Shown in pieces: positions 20,558 through 28,536 of a DNA stretch of 36,473 nucleotides. How positions within the stretch are numbered: the stretch's first letter is position 1; each line of letters begins with the position of its first letter. Both the position numbers and the translations under genes were made by a program. A model generated the notes under the pieces. The model was given only the letters and a program-made list of their open reading frames with translations. It had not been told where the DNA came from and made no database searches. Where the stretch lies: the IMG/VR virus record IMGVR_UViG_3300045988_146535; one strand, written 5' to 3'. This DNA comes from a virus. Lineage: Duplodnaviria; Heunggongvirae; Uroviricota; Caudoviricetes.

Positions 20558-20770
20558 ATGACAAGCGATAATCTGGACTCCAAGCCCACAATTGAAGATG
20601 TTGATTTCAAGCATTTGATCTGCGTCGCAGGAGGAATCATCGAGGATCTAAAAGGCCCATTTATATTCAAGGCTCCAGAAAATATTAGGCGATTACTTAA
20701 TCATAAGGGAGTGAATGAAATAAGTAATCTCTCTCAAAAATTTAATGCAGATTCTCCATCTTGCTATTAG
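20558..20770 (+). CDS. Hypothetical small protein (AT-rich island)
   Basis: 70 aa; AGGA-like ribosome-binding site upstream; convergent with the 197-aa membrane protein gene; stem-loop at 20776-20803 after the stop. Confidence 0.4.
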   Translation: MTSDNLDSKPTIEDVDFKHLICVAGGIIEDLKGPFIFKAPENIRRLLNHKGVNEISNLSQKFNADSPSCY

Positions 20771-20846
20771 AGTTCAGCAGCAGGCACTCAGTGAATGCCT
20801 GCTGTAACGACTACTCCAATAATAATGGATGCTCTATGGATACATA

Positions 20847-21440
20847 CTAAAATATGGATGTTAAATAATTGCTAAGTCTTTTTGCATTCTTACAGAATGC
20901 CAAAGCATCTTCCTGAGTACATAAGAGCTTTCCTTGGGATATAGGCTTAATAGACTCTCCTGTTTTTTCATAGAGCTTAACAATGTCACTAGAAATTTTG
21001 TTTGCAGATTGGACATTTTTCAAGGCAGCGATACCTGAAGCCCGCCCTAAAGATGTCCCGTTGATCTCAATCCCCTTTTTAGATGCAAGCGTTATAGCGG
21101 TTAACTCCAATTCGCGCCAAGCTGAAAGTACAGCAACATTAGGCTGAGTACTAGCAAGACTCTCAAAAATATTGAAATTCTCAATGAGTTGAGTCGGCAG
21201 GACAGGATTTGTTCCAGGTAAATTTTTAATAACCTCTATACTTTTAGATTCTATTTCAAACATTTCTTTTTTAAATTTAATCTCATAGTCACCTAGCTTA
21301 ACTGTATTAAGACGACCTAAAACCATTATTATTTCTTTTTTTAAAGTAAAAAAGACAATCAAACAAGCAAGAACAATAAATAAAACATTGCCTTCTTTAA
21401 GAAGCATCTCTATCCAGTAAAAAAAAGTATAGTCCGTCAT
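20847..21440 (-). CDS. Membrane-anchored hypothetical protein (moron downstream of the lysis cassette)
   Basis: 197 aa; N-terminal transmembrane segment LFIVLACLIVFFTL; visibly AT-rich. Confidence 0.6.
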   Translation of the reverse strand: MTDYTFFYWIEMLLKEGNVLFIVLACLIVFFTLKKEIIMVLGRLNTVKLGDYEIKFKKEMFEIESKSIEVIKNLPGTNPVLPTQLIENFNIFESLASTQPNVAVLSAWRELELTAITLASKKGIEINGTSLGRASGIAALKNVQSANKISSDIVKLYEKTGESIKPISQGKLLCTQEDALAFCKNAKRLSNYLTSIF

Positions 21441-21634
21441 TTTCAGTTCTCAAATAGAAATAGTTCTCTCAGTATACGTATATTGAACTCTGCTATCACT
21501 TAGTTTATACAACGTTATGCTGGCCACACGCTCGTAGTTGACGTGCATGTGGCTACTCGCTATTTTAGGTATTTGGGACATCTTCATTAATGCTGAACAG
21601 GCACTTCTTGCTGCGGTCTTTCCACTTTACTGCT

Positions 21635-21892
21635 TCATGGCTCACTCTTCTCTGCTTCAATTTTACGAATATCAGCCTTATCCCTATTACAGGCAGCCAG
21701 CACTGACAGCAGGCTCACGTTTAAATCCAGACTATCTTTGTAAGTCAGCGGATCAGGAATAGCTGGCTGTGGGGTTTCAGCGGTCAGGTTCGCCGGTAGT
21801 GGTACCGCCGGAACTGGCACGTAAATTGTCCGCGTACCGGCGCAGCCGCTCAGTTGCACGAGCAGGAACAAGACGGGAAGCGCAATCATCAT
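21635..21892 (-). CDS. Rz1-like outer-membrane spanin lipoprotein (overlapping Rz in another frame)
   Basis: Signal peptide with lipobox LVQLSGCAG and Pro-rich body; start taken at the internal MMIALPV of ORF 21635-21958. Confidence 0.55.
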   Translation of the reverse strand: MMIALPVLFLLVQLSGCAGTRTIYVPVPAVPLPANLTAETPQPAIPDPLTYKDSLDLNVSLLSVLAACNRDKADIRKIEAEKSEP

Positions 21893-22169
21893 TCTCAACA
21901 GCCACTTTGATATCTTCCTGGGTTCTCTGTGACTCCAGTGCGATCTGCTGTTTTGCATGCTGGTTAGCCTCCAGAACTGTATTTAAGATTTGTATTGATT
22001 GCAGGACGTTATTGGTAATGGCAGTTGCCGATTCAGCATTTTGTACAGCCTCATCAGCACGTTTCTTTTCATGCTGATATTTGCTGTAGTAGTAATTCGC
22101 TGACCAGATGAAAGAGCCAATGACAGTAAAGAAGAAAGCAGAGATAGCCAACTTATAACTCAACTTCAT
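21777..22169 (-). CDS. Rz-like inner-membrane spanin
   Basis: 130 aa; N-terminal transmembrane segment then a charged helical region; immediately after the endolysin. Confidence 0.65.
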   Translation of the reverse strand: MKLSYKLAISAFFFTVIGSFIWSANYYYSKYQHEKKRADEAVQNAESATAITNNVLQSIQILNTVLEANQHAKQQIALESQRTQEDIKVAVENDDCASRLVPARATERLRRYADNLRASSGGTTTGEPDR

Positions 22170-22629
22170 TTACCACCCCACCAGCCTCTTTAAATCGGGC
22201 AATCAGGTCACCGATTCTATGTTCATACTGACCGTAACCAGCACCCGGCAATGAAGCCCAGATATTGCTGCAACGGTCGATTGCCTGACGGATATCGCCG
22301 CGATCAATCATCGGTAAAGCGCCACGCTCTTTAATCTGCAGCAATGCCACTGCGTCCTGGTTTTTGGGGGAGAAGTCTTTCAAACCAAGCTGTTTACGGT
22401 AAGCATCCCACCAACGGGAAAGAAGCTGGTAACGTCCGGCGGCTGTTGATTTGAGTTTTGGGTTCAGCATGACAAGTTTGCGAGGATGATCGGAGTAATC
22501 AGTGAACAGTTCGCCCCCCACAATAACGTCATAACCGTGGTTACGTGTCGGTTGTCGCCCGTTATCCGTTCCTTCTGACCAGGCCACCATATCTAGGAAA
22601 GCTTTACGCTGGGGATTTAGTTCCTGCAT
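22153..22629 (-). CDS. Endolysin, lambda R-type lytic transglycosylase
   Basis: 158 aa; long identical runs to lambda R as recalled (QRKAFLDM.AWSEGTDNGRQ.TRNHGYDVIVGGELFTDYSDHPRKLV.LNPKLKST.AGRYQLLSRWWDAYRKQLGLKDFSPK). Confidence 0.9.
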   Translation of the reverse strand: MQELNPQRKAFLDMVAWSEGTDNGRQPTRNHGYDVIVGGELFTDYSDHPRKLVMLNPKLKSTAAGRYQLLSRWWDAYRKQLGLKDFSPKNQDAVALLQIKERGALPMIDRGDIRQAIDRCSNIWASLPGAGYGQYEHRIGDLIARFKEAGGVVNEVEL

Positions 22630-22632
22630 AAA

Positions 22633-22959
22633 TTACTCCTTCGAGCTACCAAATTTGTTACCGATTACTCGCATTGCAGCCCCACGAATAGCATCGACAC
22701 CGATCAGCCCAACGCCGCCACCAATGGCAACAGAAAGCGATTTAGGCCATCCGACATACTCAAGAGCGGATGCAAAAGTCAGCGTCAGAGCACCACAGAG
22801 CAAAATCTCGAGCGTTTTTCGTTTCCAGCCACCACCACTGCCAAAATAGGCAATACGTAAACCAGCCATAACGATCGACATAATCACTGCGCCCAGCGGT
22901 GTGTCTCCACGCCACCAGCTCTGGACCAACTCCAGCCAGGTATTTGGGTTATGAGGCAT
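22633..22959 (-). CDS. Holin
   Basis: 108 aa with hydrophobic transmembrane segments, immediately upstream of the endolysin. Confidence 0.7.
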   Translation of the reverse strand: MPHNPNTWLELVQSWWRGDTPLGAVIMSIVMAGLRIAYFGSGGGWKRKTLEILLCGALTLTFASALEYVGWPKSLSVAIGGGVGLIGVDAIRGAAMRVIGNKFGSSKE

Positions 22960-23178
22960 TTGTAGTTATCTCTCACCTCGCCGATACAGGAGGTGCAAAT
23001 TGAGGGAGTACCACGAACCGCAAATCAGAAGCGGAAACGTAAAAGAAGCCGAGCCAATGGATAAGTACTAGATAGAACAAGCCCAACGAATACCAAGGCC
23101 CAGAAACGACAAAACCCGCTCAATGGCGGGTTTAAGCTGTGTGGCGACGTAACCACTCTTAACACGATACAATACTTT

Positions 23179-23207
23179 TTGCGTACGCGTTAGCATTTTA
23201 GTAATAT
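23179..23207 (+). promoter_or_regulatory. Candidate sigma-70 promoter for the accessory operon
   Basis: TTGCGT (23179-23184), 17-bp spacer, TAATAT (23202-23207), about 30 bp upstream of the ATG at 23241. Confidence 0.3.
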
Positions 23208-23240
23208 TCTGAAGTACGTTTATCTATTGAATCTATACAA

Positions 23241-24350
23241 ATGAAGAAAATCGAAAAACTGTTCACTGAAGTAATACGGAAGTTGCGCCATAAGAAATTT
23301 ATGCGCTCGATAGCTAGTAAAAGAAGCACAACAGAAAGAAAGCTAAAACGTAATGGAAGTTTAAAAAAAATCGCTCCAGAGAAAATACTTGCTCCAACCA
23401 TACTTGATATTTACAAGGCGGAATATCATGAGAATGTGGTTAATTTTATAGAAAAAATAGAAAACAAAGCAAAGACAGGAAATAAAAAGATATATATATG
23501 TTTTAGAAATACAATTCATATATCGGCTGCTGCTGGCTTATTTCTTCTTGCAAAACTAGAGACGTTAAAAAGCAATCATAGGGACTTAAAATATATCGTA
23601 GCCAAACCGCCAATCAAAACTTCATCAAAAGGAGAACAGCACGTTGTTGATTCTGTTTTGAACAGAATCGGAATCTATGCAGCATTAGGTGTTAAATCAA
23701 GAGAAATGAGAGAAACTCCGTCTGTAAAATGTTGGGAGGTAATTCGTGGCGAACTAGTAGATTCGGAAATTGCAGGAAACTTATTAGAAACAATCACAGA
23801 AAAAATGGGTACCGATTATACAGATTTATATCGTCCCTTGATAGAAGCCATGTCTAATTCAGTAGAACATGCATATCGAGACGATTTATATGACTCAAAT
23901 AAAAATAACAATAAAAATAAATGGTGGTGCTTTGCTGCAATTATGAACAACAAGTCAATTATGAACAACAAGTTAATATTACTAATTTGTGACCTCGGTG
24001 TAGGTATACCTAAAACGTTAAAACTTACTCAAGGTGAAAAGGTTCTTGCAAAGCTAACCGAGTTCCTTGGTAAGCCATTAGTCCTTGATTCAGAACATAT
24101 AAAAGCCTCATTGCAGGTTAAACGAACCCGAACAAAGCTTGGATACAGAGGGAAAGGAGGAACTGATTTACAATCTATCATAGAAAACTTTGAAAATGCA
24201 CAATTACGAATTATATCCAACAAAGGAAATTACAGATATACTCATCGTAAGAAAGCAAGACCAGAGTTAATGTGGGATGCCAAACATTCCATCAACGGTA
24301 CTATAGTTGAATGGAGCGTACCGCTACCAAATGAAGGAGACTCTCAATGA
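23241..24350 (+). CDS. GHKL/HATPase_c-type ATPase (RsbW-like serine-kinase fold) with an uncharacterised N-terminal region
   Basis: 369 aa; N-box-like EAMSNSVEHAY, G1-like ICDLGVGIP (DxGxG) and G2-like GYRGKGGTDL; visibly AT-rich; opposite strand to the flanking late genes. Confidence 0.6.
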   Translation: MKKIEKLFTEVIRKLRHKKFMRSIASKRSTTERKLKRNGSLKKIAPEKILAPTILDIYKAEYHENVVNFIEKIENKAKTGNKKIYICFRNTIHISAAAGLFLLAKLETLKSNHRDLKYIVAKPPIKTSSKGEQHVVDSVLNRIGIYAALGVKSREMRETPSVKCWEVIRGELVDSEIAGNLLETITEKMGTDYTDLYRPLIEAMSNSVEHAYRDDLYDSNKNNNKNKWWCFAAIMNNKSIMNNKLILLICDLGVGIPKTLKLTQGEKVLAKLTEFLGKPLVLDSEHIKASLQVKRTRTKLGYRGKGGTDLQSIIENFENAQLRIISNKGNYRYTHRKKARPELMWDAKHSINGTIVEWSVPLPNEGDSQ

Positions 24351-24664
24351 AAACCTTATTTATCAAGGACTTTTCAAGATTCCCGGGGCCTAGATACGAA
24401 AGGTTAGGTGAAAACAGTGGCGAAAAATTCCGCGATTTATTTTTGATACCAGCACTTAACGAAAATCCAGACTTAGTCATTGACTTTGATGGTGTTTTTG
24501 GCTATGGCTCATCTTTCCTTGAGGAGGCCTTTGGAGGTTTGGTGCGTAAAGGGATAGAGCGCGAAAAATTGGAGAAGCTTAAGAAGAATCTCAAAAGTAA
24601 AGATCAATACATTATTGAGGAAGTAATTTCATATATTGATGATGCTCTGCGAGATCTAAAATAA
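24347..24664 (+). CDS. STAS-like small protein (DUF4325-like, anti-sigma-antagonist fold)
   Basis: 105 aa; VIDFDGVFGYGSSFLEEAFGGL matches the DUF4325 core pattern as I recall it; start overlaps the stop of the upstream gene. Confidence 0.5.
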   Translation: MKTLFIKDFSRFPGPRYERLGENSGEKFRDLFLIPALNENPDLVIDFDGVFGYGSSFLEEAFGGLVRKGIEREKLEKLKKNLKSKDQYIIEEVISYIDDALRDLK

Positions 24665-25125
24665 TGGACACTGACGTTACTCAGAATTTATGGACAATGC
24701 CTGCAACGATTATAGCGATTGTTGGCATTTTTTTAACAATATTAGGCTGGATAGTTACAGCAATACTTACTCGCATTAACAATGCGAAGAATTTAAAAAA
24801 ACTAGAAATAAATAGACTTATTGATGAGTTATTTTATAAATTAGATTTTATTTATAGCGAAATGCTTGAATTGCTGCGAGACGATAAAAAAGACAAACAA
24901 GTCCTATATTACATTTTTACATCATCAGTAAGGCATGTTGAGTTTATTTGCGAGCGAATTGAACTATTAGACAACAAAAAAAACAAAGACAATGGATTAA
25001 TATCTGAATTAAGACAAGCATGTACTAACGATGCGAAATATGAAAAAGAAAAAATTGGAACAACATTACATGAAATCCAAAGCGCTAATGAAAAACTCAA
25101 AAACAAATATCTGAAATCATTTTAA
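24664..25125 (+). CDS. Membrane protein (one N-terminal transmembrane helix, charged coiled-coil-like C-terminal region)
   Basis: 153 aa; transmembrane segment ATIIAIVGIFLTILGWIVTAILT; ATGG overlap with the upstream stop. Confidence 0.55.
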   Translation: MDTDVTQNLWTMPATIIAIVGIFLTILGWIVTAILTRINNAKNLKKLEINRLIDELFYKLDFIYSEMLELLRDDKKDKQVLYYIFTSSVRHVEFICERIELLDNKKNKDNGLISELRQACTNDAKYEKEKIGTTLHEIQSANEKLKNKYLKSF

Positions 25126-25131
25126 TTAAAA

Positions 25132-25157
25132 AAGAACCGGCTAAGCCGCCGGTTCTT
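25132..25157. terminator. Bidirectional intrinsic terminator between the accessory operon and the Q-like gene
   Basis: AAAAAA-GAACCGGC-taagcc-GCCGGTTC-TTTTTT; A-run and T-run flank a GC-rich stem. Confidence 0.7.
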
Positions 25158-25159
25158 TT

Positions 25160-25519
25160 TTAATTTATTACACAAAGGCAGCCTTCAATAAATCCAATGG
25201 CCATTTGTAATTCTTTTCTAATTGTACCATCAGAATACTTCCTCTTTTTAGCAATAGCACGAAGTGAGATGCCAACAACAAAGTGAGCAATTATCAGCTC
25301 ATACTCTTCCGGCTTATATTTACGCAACCTAGCCACACAACTATCTATCATGATGCCTTCATCATCATCACACTGGAGACGTGACTTTTTACCGTGTGGT
25401 AAAAGTCCCTTGAAACCAGCCGCTATCGGCTGCCAGTCCACACCACTGTTATCTGCTGCCGCCCATGCTCCCCAGCGGTCCAAAACTTCATACATATCAC
25501 GCATCAACCTTCTCCACAA
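25160..25519 (-). CDS. Putative late-gene antiterminator (Q-like)
   Basis: 119 aa; position between the replication/accessory early genes and the lysis cassette; HTH-like LRKYKPEEYELIIAHFVVGISLRAIAKK. Confidence 0.45.
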   Translation of the reverse strand: MWRRLMRDMYEVLDRWGAWAAADNSGVDWQPIAAGFKGLLPHGKKSRLQCDDDEGIMIDSCVARLRKYKPEEYELIIAHFVVGISLRAIAKKRKYSDGTIRKELQMAIGFIEGCLCVIN

Positions 25520-25521
25520 AA

Positions 25522-26517
25522 TCAGGCCAGCACACCAATTGCCAACGCACGATCGATAAAACGAAATATCAGCTCCAGCTGGGAGCCATACATCTCTTCA
25601 AATGCCACGGTATCCGCATGCAGCTCGTCGTGATGCTTTCTGCACAAAGGCAACACAAAGAGGTCATGCGCTTTTGTACCCATTCCACCCTGGCCGTGAC
25701 CTATCAGGTGGTGGGGATCATCAGCAGGCTTTCCACAACATGCACACGGCTGTGTCTTAACCCAGCGCGTGTACTTTTCATTAACCCAGCGGCGACGTTT
25801 GGGGCGTAACATAAAAGACTCCGGCGACTCCGGATCCACTTTCAGCGTCAGCACCTTTTTCGCTTTATCCTGGATGATGCTGGTGGCAGGAACCGAAGGC
25901 ACAAAGTCACTTTCCCGGGTGACAGACGGCACAACAGGCTTCGGTAATCTCAGTGCCTTACGGGCTGCACTTTCCGGTAAGGCATCCGCCAGATCATTAC
26001 GAATCAGCCACCAGCACAGTTCCGGCATTGTCACAACGTGACTATCATCAAAACCGAGATCCCGACGCACAACAGACAACACCCAGCGGGCACAGTTATC
26101 CGTTGCCATTGATTCCAGCCGTTCCGTGAACTGATCGCGCAGCTGGTTATCGCAGTGCCAGCACAGACGGATTGCGCCCGGCGCGTGTCGCATTGTGGCC
26201 ATGTTCTCGCTGTGCCAGTCGGAATGAGGCCACTGACAGCCCTTTTCACGAAGTAACCAGCTTTCAAGACATTCCACGCCACCAGCACGACGGATCACTG
26301 CCTCATTGCGGAACACGGCCCGAACGGCAGGATCATCCGCCAGCGGTTGTGATGCCGCCGGAACGGCACCACTGGCGAAAGATGAATAACGTTCCGGCTC
26401 AGGCTCCAGCAGGACACGCCCCTGCATAAACAGGGGCATCAGCTCTGAACCTGGTCTGAACAATACGATCCCCATACGCGGGGCAATTTCAGGGGTCAGT
26501 AGTGCTCTCACGGTCAC
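25522..26517 (-). CDS. DUF968-like protein with C-terminal HNH-like Cys/His motif
   Basis: 331 aa; C-terminal CACCGKPADDPHHLIGHG...CRKHHDELH. Confidence 0.5.
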   Translation of the reverse strand: MTVRALLTPEIAPRMGIVLFRPGSELMPLFMQGRVLLEPEPERYSSFASGAVPAASQPLADDPAVRAVFRNEAVIRRAGGVECLESWLLREKGCQWPHSDWHSENMATMRHAPGAIRLCWHCDNQLRDQFTERLESMATDNCARWVLSVVRRDLGFDDSHVVTMPELCWWLIRNDLADALPESAARKALRLPKPVVPSVTRESDFVPSVPATSIIQDKAKKVLTLKVDPESPESFMLRPKRRRWVNEKYTRWVKTQPCACCGKPADDPHHLIGHGQGGMGTKAHDLFVLPLCRKHHDELHADTVAFEEMYGSQLELIFRFIDRALAIGVLA

Positions 26518-26518
26518 C

Positions 26519-27349
26519 TCAATGAACGGTATCGAGCAGCTTTAACAGCTCAGGGAATCGGGATTCGAAGAAATGCGGCTGCGTCTCGCGCGGATTTGCG
26601 GGACTGGTGATGTTCTTGCCGAACATGCAGCCTTTCGCTGTCAGCGACCAGAATTTTTTGATGTTGTTAATCGCGGTACGGCTGTATCGTTCGCGTTGTT
26701 CAACGATCCCCAGCTTCACCATCTGGTGATATGCCTGATTAGCCGTCAGGCGGATACCATACTGCTTCAGCAGTGCACTCAGCGACAGCGTGGGGCGACT
26801 TGAGCCATCGTGTGCATCAGCAGGAGCATCAATGGCATAGCGCGGTGCCAGATTCGGTAAGCCAACAGCCTCCTGGAGTTTCTGACAGGCCCCAAGCACA
26901 GATGAGTTAGACAGGTTTAACTCCCGACGCATAAAGTCCAGCAGAATCACTCCAGCCTGCATCTTGTCAGCAGCCTGTCCGGATAATTTTTCCGGTGCGC
27001 TGGTTACCATGTCGAAAGTACGGATCACCTTCAGATGGAATGACGGGCTGATCCACATTGCATAGGCATACACCAGTTCCTTACAGACATACGTCCCCTG
27101 ATTATTTCCGCCGCGAATAACGTTAACTGGCTCTATATTGACCGAGTTGCAAATCTGCAACTCGCTTATTAAACGTTCAGTTTGCTCATTGCGGAGCCAG
27201 AATGCAGGCTTATGCTTATCCAGAGAACCGGCAGCCCTGTGCAGATCGTTCAGGCTGTAACGCCCATAAGCATCACGACGAACTTCAATACCATCAATGA
27301 CCATCAGATTATTCATACTTCGTTTCTCCTCTTGATCAGGCGGCTGCAC
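26519..27349 (-). CDS. KilA-N domain protein (possible antirepressor-type regulator)
   Basis: 276 aa; N-terminal MNNLMVIDGIEVRRDAYGRYSLNDLHRAAG is KilA-N-like. Confidence 0.6.
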   Translation of the reverse strand: MQPPDQEEKRSMNNLMVIDGIEVRRDAYGRYSLNDLHRAAGSLDKHKPAFWLRNEQTERLISELQICNSVNIEPVNVIRGGNNQGTYVCKELVYAYAMWISPSFHLKVIRTFDMVTSAPEKLSGQAADKMQAGVILLDFMRRELNLSNSSVLGACQKLQEAVGLPNLAPRYAIDAPADAHDGSSRPTLSLSALLKQYGIRLTANQAYHQMVKLGIVEQRERYSRTAINNIKKFWSLTAKGCMFGKNITSPANPRETQPHFFESRFPELLKLLDTVH

Positions 27350-27725
27350 CCGCCGTTTTCTCGTACTTACTGATAGTGATCTCGACCTTCCCTTCCGGGA
27401 TAACCGGTCCCCACTCCACCAGCATTCTTTTCACCTGGCTGTCGTCTTCCCACACACCCGCGTGGGTCAGGGCGTCAAACAGCGCCTTGTTATAGTTGTC
27501 CAGATCGCGGATCCGGTTATCCGGAGGAAACAACACAATCTCCACTGAAGCAGGTGCCGACGTTGGTTTCGGCAGACGACGTAACTGCTCAACTATTGCT
27601 GCGCACGCCGCGCTCTGGAATTTTCGCCCCGCCGCACTTATCAGGCTCTTACCAGCGAATGCCCCTTTGTTGGGGTGTCGCCAGTAGGTGTTCACGCTGG
27701 GTGGAAAAGGCAGAATCAGCTTCAT
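27336..27725 (-). CDS. rusA: Holliday-junction resolvase RusA
   Basis: 129 aa; RusA-like DLDNYNKALFDALTHAGVWEDDSQV core. Confidence 0.75.
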   Translation of the reverse strand: MKLILPFPPSVNTYWRHPNKGAFAGKSLISAAGRKFQSAACAAIVEQLRRLPKPTSAPASVEIVLFPPDNRIRDLDNYNKALFDALTHAGVWEDDSQVKRMLVEWGPVIPEGKVEITISKYEKTAGAAA

Positions 27726-28081
27726 ACTTTCACCCCCCTCTCATGTAACCAGTGGGCTGCACGCAGCCTGGCGTTTTCCTCACCGGCAAGCAGTGAGCGG
27801 ATAATCCCGACCGCCTCGCTGTCGTCATCCTTCACCGCGGTATGAAGCGTGATGCCCCGGGCCACGCCACGCTTTATCGTGATGACGCCTTTTTTCTCCA
27901 GTGCGCGAAGATGCTCCACCGCTGCATTCACTGAACGGTATCCCAGCATGGTAGCCACCTCCTGATTGCTTGGCGGGAAGCCACGTTCTTTCTGGTAAGA
28001 AATCAGCATATCCAGCACCTGCTGCTGGCATTGAGTTAACGTCGTCATTAAGCCCCCACGTAATTCCCTGACAGATACCAC
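27722..28081 (-). CDS. LexA-N-like winged-helix DNA-binding protein (no peptidase domain)
   Basis: 119 aa; LTQCQQQVLDMLISYQKERGFPPSNQEVATMLGYRSVNAAVEHLRALEKKGVI resembles the LexA DNA-binding domain. Confidence 0.5.
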   Translation of the reverse strand: MVSVRELRGGLMTTLTQCQQQVLDMLISYQKERGFPPSNQEVATMLGYRSVNAAVEHLRALEKKGVITIKRGVARGITLHTAVKDDDSEAVGIIRSLLAGEENARLRAAHWLHERGVKV

Positions 28082-28536
28082 TCTTCACCCGATGCAGCGC
28101 GCTTGCTGCTTTTCCGTAAGCACCGCTCACGACGCGCCAGAAAATTGTTTCGTTCTGGCTGGGAGTGGCTTTCACGGAATGCCTCCATCCACACCGTTGC
28201 AGCTCGACGGAATAAGCCCCTGGACTCCAGTTCTTCAGCCTGGCGGGTCAGGCACAAAATCGCCCGGGGGTCGTTAGTGCCGACATAGAAATTGCGCACA
28301 GGTCTGGTTTCACAAACTGGTTCCGGCTCCTGCGATATCTCAGCCTGGCGCGGGAAATGTCTGCGTGTATCCTCTTCACAACGGTGAGCCACACGCCCAC
28401 TCTGACGTAACTTGCTTGCTGACTGCAGAACTCGCTGCCGTGAGTAACCTGCAAAAGCATCCGCAATGTCTCCGGAAGTACACCCCGGATGGGCTTCAAT
28501 GAATTTCTGAACGTCATTCAAAAGACTCATGCTCAC
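28048..28536 (-). CDS. Hypothetical protein in the replication module
   Basis: 162 aa, basic C-terminus; ORF only. Confidence 0.35.
   Translation of the reverse strand: MSMSLLNDVQKFIEAHPGCTSGDIADAFAGYSRQRVLQSASKLRQSGRVAHRCEEDTRRHFPRQAEISQEPEPVCETRPVRNFYVGTNDPRAILCLTRQAEELESRGLFRRAATVWMEAFRESHSQPERNNFLARRERCLRKSSKRAASGEEWYLSGNYVGA

Noticed and set aside
26031-26803. Overlapping ORFs within the DUF968 and KilA-N genes
   Set aside because: Embedded in longer, better-supported ORFs on the other strand; no independent signals.
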